A program made the position numbers and the translations under genes. A model generated the notes under the pieces. That model was not told where the DNA came from and ran no database searches. It saw only the letters and a list, made by a program, of their open reading frames with translations. Source: Bacteroidales bacterium (lineage in GTDB: Bacteria > Bacteroidota > Bacteroidia > Bacteroidales > WCHB1-69). From it: DNA of 64,000 nt. Below are positions 9,262 to 18,239 of the stretch, one piece after another (position 1 is the stretch's first letter; every line of letters starts with the position of its first letter). The stretch is taken from positions 16,869-80,868 of the forward strand of contig JAILCI010000007.1 of assembly GCA_024686335.1 (NCBI GenBank). Direction: 5' to 3'.

Positions 9262-9746
9262 AATTTGATATGATAGATAAAATCAAACAAAAAATAGTAA
9301 CTAGGTCGTTTTTCAAGGAAAATGATGAACAACTTCATCATCAGAAGATTGTCTTTACCAACGGCTGTTTTGATGTTTTGCATTATGGGCATGTCCACTA
9401 TCTTGCACAAGCTCGTCAAATGGGTGATCTCTTGGTCGTTGGATTGAACAGCGATGCATCGGTGCGCAGGCTCAAGGGAGAAGGAAGACCTGTAAATTCT
9501 GAACAGGCCCGGGCTTATGTTCTCGCAGCTCTTGAGATGGTAGATTATGTATGTCTCTTTGAAGAAGATACACCTTATGAACTCATTGCCGCTGTGCAAC
9601 CCGATGTGTTGGTTAAGGGTGGAGACTACTCTGTTGATAATATTTCTGGGAGTAATATCGTTTTAAAGAGAAACGGGAAAGTTTGTGTGTTACCTTTTGT
9701 CGAGGGCTTTTCCTCAACGTCAATAATAGAAAAAATTAATAAATAA
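9258..9746 (+). CDS. Cytidylyl/adenylyltransferase (RfaE domain II / heptose-1-phosphate adenylyltransferase-like)
   Basis: 162 aa. [24 protein letters not shown]...[21 protein letters not shown]...VKGGDY matches the HxGH nucleotidyltransferase signature. It overlaps the upstream gene as ATGA. Confidence 0.85.
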   Translation: MKFDMIDKIKQKIVTRSFFKENDEQLHHQKIVFTNGCFDVLHYGHVHYLAQARQMGDLLVVGLNSDASVRRLKGEGRPVNSEQARAYVLAALEMVDYVCLFEEDTPYELIAAVQPDVLVKGGDYSVDNISGSNIVLKRNGKVCVLPFVEGFSSTSIIEKINK

Positions 9747-9748
9747 GC

Positions 9749-10804
9749 ATGAAAAAGCTTCTTTGTTTGATAATAGGTGTATGTGGTTTTGTGTCTATGA
9801 TGGCGCAGAGTGTTGATGTGACACTTCAGTCTCAGAATATCGCTTTGCGTGATACTGCTGGCCAGACTGTCACAACGGATTACCAGCGAGTGAGCACCTA
9901 TCCCACCATTTCTGAAGTATACCAGATACCTTGTTATGATTTGTATGATCGTTATTGGGACGTGCATCATCTGCGTAGTCGTCTTTTGGAGATACCTTTC
10001 GCTGATGATCGGCTGATGTTGATTTTGGTTCAGTCGGAAAACAATCCCTTTGAGATGCCATGTGTTTATGATGAGGTTTCGTTGCGTTATGGTCCGAATA
10101 AGAAAGGCATTTTCCATCCGGGAATCGACTTGAAAGTGACAGCACAGTCGCTGGTCAAGAGCTGTTTTGACGGTGTTGTCCGAATGGTCTCTAACTATGG
10201 TGATTATGGTTTAACGATTGTGGTGCGACATTACAATGCTTTAGAGACTGTCTATTCCCATCTCGACAAAACGTGTGTGAAACCTGGTCAAATTGTGAAG
10301 GCGGGTGATGTGATTGGGCAAACAGGACATACCGGTAACACAAATGAGGATATTCTCCATTTTGAAATTCGTTTTATGAATGAGACTTTGGATCCCGAAC
10401 ATGTGATTGATTTTGAGTATGAGGGACTGATAAAGAATACGTTAGTTTTGCAGTCGGCGGATTTTGTGGAACTGCCGTTAGATCAGTATAGTGTTACGAC
10501 TCCGAGCCCTTTAACTCCAAAAGCAGCTGCTCCGAAAATCAATCCAGAGTCGATATCTAAACCAGAACAAGTTAAACAAGAGGATGTTGTAACTTCCGAA
10601 CCCGAGAAGTCTACTGTTTCAGAACCTGCTCCCGCGCAAAAACCGATCGCTGATGAGGAGGCAGAATATTATGTGGTGAAAAAAGGCGAAGGGTTGTATC
10701 GCATTGCTTTGAAATTTAAGACAACTATTGATAAGCTGATGAAACTTAACAACATCAGTAATCCTGATCAGATTCAGGAGGGACAAAAGTTAAGAGTCCG
10801 GTAA
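9749..10804 (+). CDS. M23 family metallopeptidase with a C-terminal LysM domain
   Basis: 351 aa with a signal peptide. M23 core: HPGIDLKV...YGLTIVVRHYNALETVYSHL...GQTGHTGNTNEDILHFEIRF. LysM: YYVVKKGEGLYRIALKFKTTIDKLMKLNNISNPDQIQEGQKLRV. Confidence 0.9.
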   Translation: MKKLLCLIIGVCGFVSMMAQSVDVTLQSQNIALRDTAGQTVTTDYQRVSTYPTISEVYQIPCYDLYDRYWDVHHLRSRLLEIPFADDRLMLILVQSENNPFEMPCVYDEVSLRYGPNKKGIFHPGIDLKVTAQSLVKSCFDGVVRMVSNYGDYGLTIVVRHYNALETVYSHLDKTCVKPGQIVKAGDVIGQTGHTGNTNEDILHFEIRFMNETLDPEHVIDFEYEGLIKNTLVLQSADFVELPLDQYSVTTPSPLTPKAAAPKINPESISKPEQVKQEDVVTSEPEKSTVSEPAPAQKPIADEEAEYYVVKKGEGLYRIALKFKTTIDKLMKLNNISNPDQIQEGQKLRVR

Positions 10805-10819
10805 TTGAGTTGACTTGTT

Positions 10820-11785
10820 TTACCAGCCAAACGGATGTTTGGTAGTGGGCTGTTTGGCTAGTGGGTGGTAGTCACCTTTTAAGCCAACAGGTGTGGCATT
10901 GCGGATGTCATAGACAGTCTGGATGCAGGAACGGACCTCCTCAAGACCGTATCCTTCGCCCGCCAATATTTTACGATAGCTTTCTGTGTGGAGGTCTGTA
11001 AATCCTTTACTAAATTCCAGTTGTTTGTCGCCGATGGTTATAGATCGGTAGGTGTGTTGACCTTGTTGTGCTACTTCGGTAGGGAGAGTATCGCTATTGA
11101 TACTGAGGAAATAGCGGACTCTGGCTCGTTTCAGGCGCAGGAAACCAGCAACACGGTCGTGAGAGGCGACGTGGACGATGTTCTCCTCCACAGGGCCGAA
11201 GATATAGCTTAGCATATCATAGAAATGGATGCCGATGTTCGTGGCTATGCCACCGCTTTTATGAATGTCGCCTTTCCAGGATGCATAGTACCAATAACCG
11301 CGAGAAGTGATGTAGGTGAGGTCGACGTCATACACTTTCTGAGGGTCTCCGTTCTCAATTTGCTCTTTAAGGGCAATGACAGCAGGGTGGAGTCGTAATT
11401 GTAAAATATTGTAGATGTGATGTCCTGTCTCTTTTTCCACTTGTGCAAGTCCGTCGATGTTCCATGGGTTCAACACCAGGGGTTTCTCACAGATTACGTC
11501 GGTGCCAAGGCGCAGAGCGTATCGCGTGTGGGAGTCGTGGAGATAGTTAGGGGTGCAGACCGAGACCATGTCGAGTTGTTGGTCGGTGTTTTTCAGTTTG
11601 GAGCAGTGGCGGTCGAAGAGTTCCATCTCGGTGAAGAAGGAGGCTCCAGGAAAATAGCTGTCTATGATGCCCACGCTGTCGGACTTATCATAGGCAGCAA
11701 CCATGCGGTTACCGGTTTCAGCGATAGCTTTAAGATGACGAGGGGCGACGAAGCCGCCAACTCCAATTATGGCGAAGTTTTTCAT
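10820..11785 (-). CDS. Gfo/Idh/MocA family oxidoreductase (WbpB-like sugar-nucleotide dehydrogenase)
   Basis: 321 aa with an N-terminal Rossmann fold FAIIGVGGFVAPRHLKAI and the motif EKPL. It starts 8 nt after the murF-alr stop, so it is probably co-transcribed. Confidence 0.8.
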   Translation of the reverse strand: MKNFAIIGVGGFVAPRHLKAIAETGNRMVAAYDKSDSVGIIDSYFPGASFFTEMELFDRHCSKLKNTDQQLDMVSVCTPNYLHDSHTRYALRLGTDVICEKPLVLNPWNIDGLAQVEKETGHHIYNILQLRLHPAVIALKEQIENGDPQKVYDVDLTYITSRGYWYYASWKGDIHKSGGIATNIGIHFYDMLSYIFGPVEENIVHVASHDRVAGFLRLKRARVRYFLSINSDTLPTEVAQQGQHTYRSITIGDKQLEFSKGFTDLHTESYRKILAGEGYGLEEVRSCIQTVYDIRNATPVGLKGDYHPLAKQPTTKHPFGW

Positions 11786-11793
11786 GACAATAA

Positions 11794-14250
11794 TTATTCT
11801 TTTACGTAAATTCTCGGTACTCGACTGGAAAGAGAGGTGAGCAGATCGTAACTGATGTGTCCTATTCTGCGTGCGGCATCTTGAGCGGTATTGCCTTCGC
11901 CATAGACGATGACTTCATCTCCTTCGTGCACGGAGAGACCTGTGACATCGAGCATGCACATGTCCATGCATATTTTACCAACAACGGGCACCAATTGCCC
12001 TCTAACCATTACTAGACCTTTGCCGTTGCTGAATTCGCGGGGATATCCGTCTGCATATCCAATAGGGATAATGGCTACTTGCATGTCGTGATCGACTTTG
12101 AAACTGCGGTTGTAACCAATTGTTTCACCTTGAGGAATCCGTTTTACTTGAGTGATAAGTGTTTTCAGAGTGGCGACGTTTTGCAGGTTAGCTTGAATCT
12201 CGGGCATGTCGAAGAATCCATAGAGACCGATACCTAAGCGTACCATGTCGAACTGAGCCTCGGAAAATCTAAGGATTCCAGCGGTGTTGAGGATATGTCG
12301 GAGGATTGGGTAGGGTAGAGCATTGCGAAGAATTCCAGACATCTCTTCGAAACGCTTGATTTGGAGGCGTGTAAAGTCATCTTCTGCAGGATCCTCAGCA
12401 GCGGCAAGATGTGAGAAGGTAGAAGCCACGCGCAAACAAGGATTTTCTTCTAATACCTTAAGAAGGTGTGGGAGATCTTCTTTGTCGAAGCCTAATCGGT
12501 GCATACCGGTGTCCAACTTTATATGGATAGGAAATTCAGTGATTTCAGGATGCTCATGGAGTACACCAATCAGTTCTTGCAGATAGTAGAAATTGAAGAT
12601 TTCCGGTTCTAAACGGTTCAGTACCATAGACTCGAAACTATGAGCCTCAGCGCCCAACACGATGATAGGGGTGTTGATATGGCGTTTGCGGAGACGTACA
12701 CCTTCATCGGTGTATGCAACTGCCAGATAATCTATTTTTTGATTTATCAACTCATTGATGATTTCAGCATCCCCCAAACCGTAAGACAAAGCTTTTACCA
12801 TTGCCACCATTTTGGTTTCAGGTTTGATGAAGGATCTGAAATAGTGAAGGTTGTGAACAATGGCGGGTAGACTTACATTCAGAGTAGTAAGATGTGTTTT
12901 GTGGAGTAAACGATGGACTATGTCTTCGAAGTGAAAATTACGTGCTCCCTTGATGAGGACTGCCTCGTAGGTGAAATTGAATGAGGCAAGGTCTGAAAGA
13001 AGGGATTCAGTGTTTGGATAGAAGTAGGTTTTTGGAATGGTAAAATCCAGTTTGTGTTGGCAGAATTCTTCGCCTACAGCAATGAGTTTACCGATATGAT
13101 GTTTGAGTAATAATTCGTTAAGACGTGTATAATCAGACTTTTGGAGCGTTCCAGCCTGCTCAAAATCGGAGATGATGAGTGTCTTGTTGGGCATCTGAGT
13201 TTGCGTGTCAAGGTAGTTAAGAGCCACAGTCAAGGATGTCCAGTCCAAGCTGTATGCATCATCAAGGATCAGAGAGTGTTGACGGCCTTCTTGGATGGCC
13301 ATACGCATGTGGATAGGCGTAAGGGAATCCAATCGCTCGTTGATGACATCAGGTTTGTATCCAAGCACTAACATTGTGATAATCACATGTATGGCGTTTT
13401 CCACTGATGCAGCGTCTACAAACGGTATCTTATAGACAAAGTCACAGATGGTAACTAATGTTGAGTTACCTTGTCGTTCTTGGTTGGAAATAAGATATTC
13501 TGCGTCTTGGTATCCCCAGGATATTCTTTGGATATGGGAATATGCATCTTTTTCAAGCGTCTCTCGGATTAAAGGGTTGTCGTTGTTAAAGATGAGTTTT
13601 TCAGCATGAGCAAACAGGCGAAGCTTTTCCTGCAATTTTTCCTCAATGGAAGAGAAAAATTGGGCGTGAGCCATACCTATATTCGTTAGAATACCAATGG
13701 TTGGGCGTATGATGTTGGCGATGGCTGTCATTTCACCAGGTTGGGAAATGCCGGCCTCAAAAATACCGAGGGTGTGTTCCTTACGCATCTGCCATACTGA
13801 CAAAGGAACGCCAATCTGGGAGTTGTAGCTGTCGGGACTGCGCACGATATGGTGGTCGGATGACATCATGATGTTCAACCACTCTTTGACGATTGTTTTG
13901 CCATTACTGCCTGTGATGCCGATGACCGGATAGTCAAATTGTCGGCGGTGTGATGAAGCGATGCTTTGCAAGGCTTCGATTGCGTTGTTTACTTGAAGAA
14001 AATTTCCATTTTTCAGATGCGAAAAATCGGAAAGAGGGGCGGTGATGATAAAATTTCTTACACCTTTCTTATATAAATCTTCGATGTAGCGATGGCCATC
14101 ATTTTGATTAGTTTTGATGGCGAAGAATAGAAGACCGCTAGGGTTTGAAACCTTGCGACTGTCAATGCAGAGAGCAGTTACGGGCATTTTAGGATTCGTA
14201 ATATCTGCATCTTGCACTTGGATGATGGATGAAATCTGATCGATAGTCAT
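11794..14250 (-). CDS. murF: Bifunctional UDP-MurNAc-pentapeptide synthetase (MurF) / alanine racemase (Alr) fusion
   Basis: The N-terminal half is a Mur ligase (GITGSNGKT). The C-terminal half is alanine racemase (VKALSYGLG, ...SRVPRIY). I place the start at ATG 14250 (MTIDQISS) rather than the track's TTG at 14256. This fusion is common in Bacteroidota. Confidence 0.9.
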   Translation of the reverse strand: MTIDQISSIIQVQDADITNPKMPVTALCIDSRKVSNPSGLLFFAIKTNQNDGHRYIEDLYKKGVRNFIITAPLSDFSHLKNGNFLQVNNAIEALQSIASSHRRQFDYPVIGITGSNGKTIVKEWLNIMMSSDHHIVRSPDSYNSQIGVPLSVWQMRKEHTLGIFEAGISQPGEMTAIANIIRPTIGILTNIGMAHAQFFSSIEEKLQEKLRLFAHAEKLIFNNDNPLIRETLEKDAYSHIQRISWGYQDAEYLISNQERQGNSTLVTICDFVYKIPFVDAASVENAIHVIITMLVLGYKPDVINERLDSLTPIHMRMAIQEGRQHSLILDDAYSLDWTSLTVALNYLDTQTQMPNKTLIISDFEQAGTLQKSDYTRLNELLLKHHIGKLIAVGEEFCQHKLDFTIPKTYFYPNTESLLSDLASFNFTYEAVLIKGARNFHFEDIVHRLLHKTHLTTLNVSLPAIVHNLHYFRSFIKPETKMVAMVKALSYGLGDAEIINELINQKIDYLAVAYTDEGVRLRKRHINTPIIVLGAEAHSFESMVLNRLEPEIFNFYYLQELIGVLHEHPEITEFPIHIKLDTGMHRLGFDKEDLPHLLKVLEENPCLRVASTFSHLAAAEDPAEDDFTRLQIKRFEEMSGILRNALPYPILRHILNTAGILRFSEAQFDMVRLGIGLYGFFDMPEIQANLQNVATLKTLITQVKRIPQGETIGYNRSFKVDHDMQVAIIPIGYADGYPREFSNGKGLVMVRGQLVPVVGKICMDMCMLDVTGLSVHEGDEVIVYGEGNTAQDAARRIGHISYDLLTSLSSRVPRIYVKE

Positions 14251-14269
14251 ACACAAAAATTATAGACTG

Positions 14270-14277
14270 CAAAGGTA
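14270..14277 (-). promoter_or_regulatory. -7 promoter box (TACCTTTG on the minus strand) for murF-alr
   Basis: The plus strand reads caaaggta at 14270-14277, 20 nt upstream of the ATG at 14250. Confidence 0.4.
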
Positions 14278-14324
14278 TAAAATATTTTTTTGTCAAGGGT
14301 GTGTTTTTATTTGAGAAAAATTTG

Positions 14325-14332
14325 TATTTTTG
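14325..14332 (+). promoter_or_regulatory. -7 promoter box (TATTTTTG) for rpmE
   Basis: tatttttg at 14325-14332, 39 nt upstream of the ATG at 14371. Confidence 0.4.
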
Positions 14333-14370
14333 CCGTCCAAATTTCAAAGCAAATAATAAAACAAAAGAAT

Positions 14371-14637
14371 ATGAAAAAAGATATCCATCCTAAAGAGTAT
14401 AGAACGGTGGTTTTCAAAGACATGTCAAATGATTACGCATTCCTGACAAAGTCCACCGTCAACACGAAAGACACCATTCAATGGGAAGACGGAAATGAGT
14501 ATCCGTTAGTAAAATTAGAGATTTCCAACACCTCTCATCCTTTCTTCACAGGTAAGATGAAGTTGGTTGACACTGCAGGTCGTGTGGATAAATTCCGCAA
14601 CAAATATGCTCGTCATCTTGATGGTGGCAAGAAATAA
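14371..14637 (+). CDS. rpmE: 50S ribosomal protein L31, type B (no CxxC zinc motif)
   Basis: Internal start [17 protein letters not shown]...HPFFTGK. The upstream part of the track ORF covers the promoter region. The 88-aa product contains no cysteine. Confidence 0.9.
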   Translation: MKKDIHPKEYRTVVFKDMSNDYAFLTKSTVNTKDTIQWEDGNEYPLVKLEISNTSHPFFTGKMKLVDTAGRVDKFRNKYARHLDGGKK

Positions 14638-14657
14638 GAAATTCCAATAGAATTTTA

Positions 14658-14665
14658 TATCTTTG
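14658..14665 (+). promoter_or_regulatory. -7 promoter box (TATCTTTG) for lon, abutting the rpmE terminator
   Basis: tatctttg at 14658-14665, directly 5' of the hairpin that begins at 14666. Confidence 0.35.
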
Positions 14666-14706
14666 CTGACCTTTTTTCTCAAATGGAAAAAAGGTCAGTT
14701 TTTTTT
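14666..14706 (+). terminator. Rho-independent terminator after rpmE
   Basis: A perfect 12-bp stem, ctgacctttttt (14666-14677) with aaaaaaggtcag (14687-14698), encloses a 9-nt loop and is followed by 8 T (14699-14706). Confidence 0.75.
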
Positions 14707-14721
14707 ATTAATTTTCAAAGA

Positions 14722-17151
14722 ATGAAAGAGATATCCCTACTTGACGAGATTATGAATAGCGAGGCGAATTTCATCCCATTGTTCTCTTTGGAGGATGAAA
14801 AGAAGATTAGAGATGAGCAAGTCCCGGACGATATAGCATTGTTGCCCTTACGTAATACCCTTCTTTTTCCTGGTATGGTCATACCAATCAATGTGGGGCG
14901 TACCAAATCTATTCGTTTAGCACAGGAATATTCTCATCGCAAAGAACCTATTGGTGTTATTGCACAGAAGTTCAACGACGTGGAGGAACCGACTATTAAT
15001 GATCTGTATCGTGTCGGCACGTTGGCTCATATCGTCAAATACATCTCAATGCCGGATGGTGGTGTTACCATCATAGTTCAAGGCATCAAATGTTTCAATA
15101 TTGAGGAGTTGACGCAAGTCGAGCCTTATTACAGATGTCGTGTGACTCCGTTTGCCTCAAATGATTTTGATCGTGCTGTTTTGGACGATGAAAATTTCCA
15201 AGCTTTGTTGTCCTCCATTAAGGATGTGGCTAATCGTATGCTTCATGTTGGCAATAACATGCCGCGCGAGGCTGCTTTTGCCTTGAAGAATATTGAAAGC
15301 CATATTTTCTTAATGAATTTCTTGGCTACTAATCTTTCAATTTCTGTCGAAGAGAAACAAAAATTGCTTGAGACTCCTGATATTCAGACTCGCGCGTCTC
15401 AACTGTTGTCATATTTGCACCGTGATCTTCAAATGTTGGAACTCAAAAACCAGATTCAGGATAAGTCACGACGCGAGATGGACAAGCAGCAGCGGGAGTA
15501 TTTCTTGAATCAGCAGATAAAGACGATTCAAGAGGAGTTGGGAGGTTCGCCAACTGAGAAGGATTATCAGTCTCTCGTAGAGCGTGCTAGAAAGAAAAAG
15601 TGGGACAAAGAAACTGCTGATATTTTTTACAAGGAGTTGGAAAAACTGCAGCGTACTAATGTGATGGCGCCGGATTATGCGATTCAGTTGAATTATTTGG
15701 AGCTTTTTGTTGAACTACCGTGGAATGAATTTAGCAAAGATAATTTTGACTTGGTTAAGGCGCGTAAGATTTTGGATAAGGACCATTATGGTCTCTATAA
15801 GGTAAAAGATCGTATTTTGGAACATTTGGCGGTGTTGTCTATGCGTAAAGACATGCGTGCGCCTATTTTGTGCCTTGTAGGACCTCCGGGCGTGGGTAAA
15901 ACTTCCCTGGGCCGTTCTATTGCTAACGCTATCGGTCGTAAATATGTGCGTATTTCCCTTGGCGGTTTGCGTGATGAGTCCGAGATTCGCGGTCACAGGA
16001 AGACCTATATTGGTGCTATGCCAGGACGCATAATCCAAAATTTGCGCAAGGCTGGTTATGCCAACCCAGTTTTTGTATTAGATGAGATAGACAAAGTGAT
16101 TGGCGCCAATGTCCAAGGAGACCCGTCTGCTGCTTTGTTGGAAGTGATGGATCCGGAGCAGAATAATACTTTCTATGATAACTATTTGGAGACCTCTTTT
16201 GATCTTTCAAAGGTGTTGTTTATTGCTACGGCTAATTCGTTGAGTAACATTCATCCAGCTTTGTTGGACCGTATGGAGATTATTGAGCTGTCCGGTTATG
16301 TTGCTGAGGAAAAATTGCAGATTGCCATGCACCATCTTGTACCGAAGCAGTTGAAAGAGCATGGTTTGAGCAAGCGACAATTACAGATTCCGGAGGCGAC
16401 AATTCAGGAGATTATTAATTCTTATACGAGAGAGGCCGGTGTTCGAAGTCTTGAGCGTAATATTGCGAAGGTGATTCGTAAACATACTGTGGAGGTTGTG
16501 AAGAAAACTCCGGATTTGAAGAAAGCGATTGACGTTGCTGATCTTAAAGAGATGTTGGGTTCGCCGATCTATCAATCTGATAAGAAGATAGACCATACTG
16601 TGCCAGGCGTAGCCACTGGTTTAGCTTGGACAGCTGTTGGCGGTGAGATTCTTTTTGTAGAGGCCGTTATCAGTGCTGGTAAAGAGGGTTTAACCATGAC
16701 AGGTCAGTTGGGTGATGTGATGAAAGAGTCTGCCACTATTGCATATGAATATCTTAAGGCCCATGCTTCCGAGTATGGCATCGATGTTAAGATGTTTGAG
16801 CAGAATAAAGTGCATGTTCATGTTCCTGAAGGTGCAACGCCAAAGGATGGTCCTTCTGCAGGTGTGACGATTCTTACGGCTCTGATTTCCGCTTTCACTA
16901 AGAAATTGGTTCGTAGTGATGTGGCTATGACTGGAGAGATTACGCTCCGTGGTCAGGTCTTGCCTGTCGGCGGCATAAAGGATAAGATTTTGGCAGCTAA
17001 GCGTCAAAACATCTATCATATCGTCTTGCCGGAGGATAACAAAAAGGATATTGAGGAGATAGAGGATATCTATCTTGAAGGTATGCATTTCCACTATTTC
17101 TCTTCTATGAGGGATGCGGTTTTGTTTAATTTTAATGGACAATTTAATTAA
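14722..17151 (+). CDS. lon: ATP-dependent Lon protease
   Basis: It has a LON N-domain, AAA+ Walker [10 protein letters not shown], and a protease domain with PKDGPSAG. I place the start at ATG 14722 (MKEISLL) because the track's ATG at 14683 sits in the loop of the rpmE terminator. Confidence 0.9.
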   Translation: MKEISLLDEIMNSEANFIPLFSLEDEKKIRDEQVPDDIALLPLRNTLLFPGMVIPINVGRTKSIRLAQEYSHRKEPIGVIAQKFNDVEEPTINDLYRVGTLAHIVKYISMPDGGVTIIVQGIKCFNIEELTQVEPYYRCRVTPFASNDFDRAVLDDENFQALLSSIKDVANRMLHVGNNMPREAAFALKNIESHIFLMNFLATNLSISVEEKQKLLETPDIQTRASQLLSYLHRDLQMLELKNQIQDKSRREMDKQQREYFLNQQIKTIQEELGGSPTEKDYQSLVERARKKKWDKETADIFYKELEKLQRTNVMAPDYAIQLNYLELFVELPWNEFSKDNFDLVKARKILDKDHYGLYKVKDRILEHLAVLSMRKDMRAPILCLVGPPGVGKTSLGRSIANAIGRKYVRISLGGLRDESEIRGHRKTYIGAMPGRIIQNLRKAGYANPVFVLDEIDKVIGANVQGDPSAALLEVMDPEQNNTFYDNYLETSFDLSKVLFIATANSLSNIHPALLDRMEIIELSGYVAEEKLQIAMHHLVPKQLKEHGLSKRQLQIPEATIQEIINSYTREAGVRSLERNIAKVIRKHTVEVVKKTPDLKKAIDVADLKEMLGSPIYQSDKKIDHTVPGVATGLAWTAVGGEILFVEAVISAGKEGLTMTGQLGDVMKESATIAYEYLKAHASEYGIDVKMFEQNKVHVHVPEGATPKDGPSAGVTILTALISAFTKKLVRSDVAMTGEITLRGQVLPVGGIKDKILAAKRQNIYHIVLPEDNKKDIEEIEDIYLEGMHFHYFSSMRDAVLFNFNGQFN

Positions 17152-18239
17152 TGGAAAATAACTATAAATCTGCTTTGGAAGAACGTCCGGGTATAGACCA
17201 GCCAGTGTCTGTCAATCCTAACCTGGTGCGCCGTAAACGTCGTGAGTTGTCTTTGGATGAGTATGTTCAAGGAGTCTTGAAGGGTGATTGGGTAATTCTG
17301 AGCCGTGCTATTACTATGATTGAGAGTGCCAATCCCGAGCATCTGCAGATGGCTCAGGCGATTATTGAACAGTGCCTGCCTCATTCAGGTAATTCGTTGC
17401 GTATTGGTATCACAGGTGTGCCGGGCGTAGGAAAGAGCACGTTTATTGAGGCTTTCGGCACATTGCTGACCCAAATGGGGCATAAGGTGGCTGTGTTAGC
17501 TATCGACCCAAGTAGTGAGCGTACAAAAGGCAGTATTTTAGGTGACAAGACTCGTATGGAATCCTTGTCAGTTAATCCCAAAGCTTTTATTAGGCCTTCT
17601 CCTTCGGGAAATACGCTTGGGGGTGTGGCGCGAAAAACTAGAGAGTCCATTATATTGTGTGAGGCTGCTGGCTATGATGTTATTATTGTCGAAACTGTTG
17701 GTGTAGGTCAGTCTGAGACAGCCGTCAAGTCTATGGTTGATTTCTTCCTGCTCTTGATGTTGGCTGGAGCTGGTGATGAGTTGCAGGGCATCAAACGTGG
17801 TATCATGGAAATGGCTGATGCGTTGATTATCAACAAAGCCGATGGGGATAATAAGCCCAAAGCATTCCAAGCACAATCACAATATCGAGCAGCATTGAAG
17901 CTCTTCCCACAGACTGACAGCCAATGGACTGTTCCCGTGGAGGTGTGTTCTGCTTTGGAGAATTTTGCCATCGACAAAGTCTGGGATATGATCCTTCGTT
18001 ACGAGGCTCATACAAAGGCTAATGGTTATTTTGAACGCAATAGATCTGAACAGTTGATTAATATCTTTCATAACTGGATCCAATTCACATTACAGAATAA
18101 CTTCTATAACCAGCCTCAGACCGAGGCAGAGATTGAGCGCCTTTTGCCGCTTATCCGTGACAAGAAGATTTCTCCATATATGGCCGCCACTAATCTCATA
18201 GAGCAGTTGGATAAGGTTAAGGGAATAGGAGATCGTTAG
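17151..18239 (+). CDS. meaB: Methylmalonyl-CoA mutase-associated GTPase MeaB (ArgK family)
   Basis: 362 aa. The P-loop [12 protein letters not shown], plus DPSS...[10 protein letters not shown] and NKAD, are typical of MeaB/ArgK. Its start overlaps the lon stop by 1 nt (TAATG). Confidence 0.85.
   Translation: MENNYKSALEERPGIDQPVSVNPNLVRRKRRELSLDEYVQGVLKGDWVILSRAITMIESANPEHLQMAQAIIEQCLPHSGNSLRIGITGVPGVGKSTFIEAFGTLLTQMGHKVAVLAIDPSSERTKGSILGDKTRMESLSVNPKAFIRPSPSGNTLGGVARKTRESIILCEAAGYDVIIVETVGVGQSETAVKSMVDFFLLLMLAGAGDELQGIKRGIMEMADALIINKADGDNKPKAFQAQSQYRAALKLFPQTDSQWTVPVEVCSALENFAIDKVWDMILRYEAHTKANGYFERNRSEQLINIFHNWIQFTLQNNFYNQPQTEAEIERLLPLIRDKKISPYMAATNLIEQLDKVKGIGDR

Noticed and set aside
9081-10145. 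Minus-strand ORFs 9081-9599, 9626-10117 and 9870-10145, opposite the flippase-like, cytidylyltransferase and M23 genes.
   Set aside because: They lie opposite well-supported plus-strand genes and show no family resemblance. They are likely spurious.
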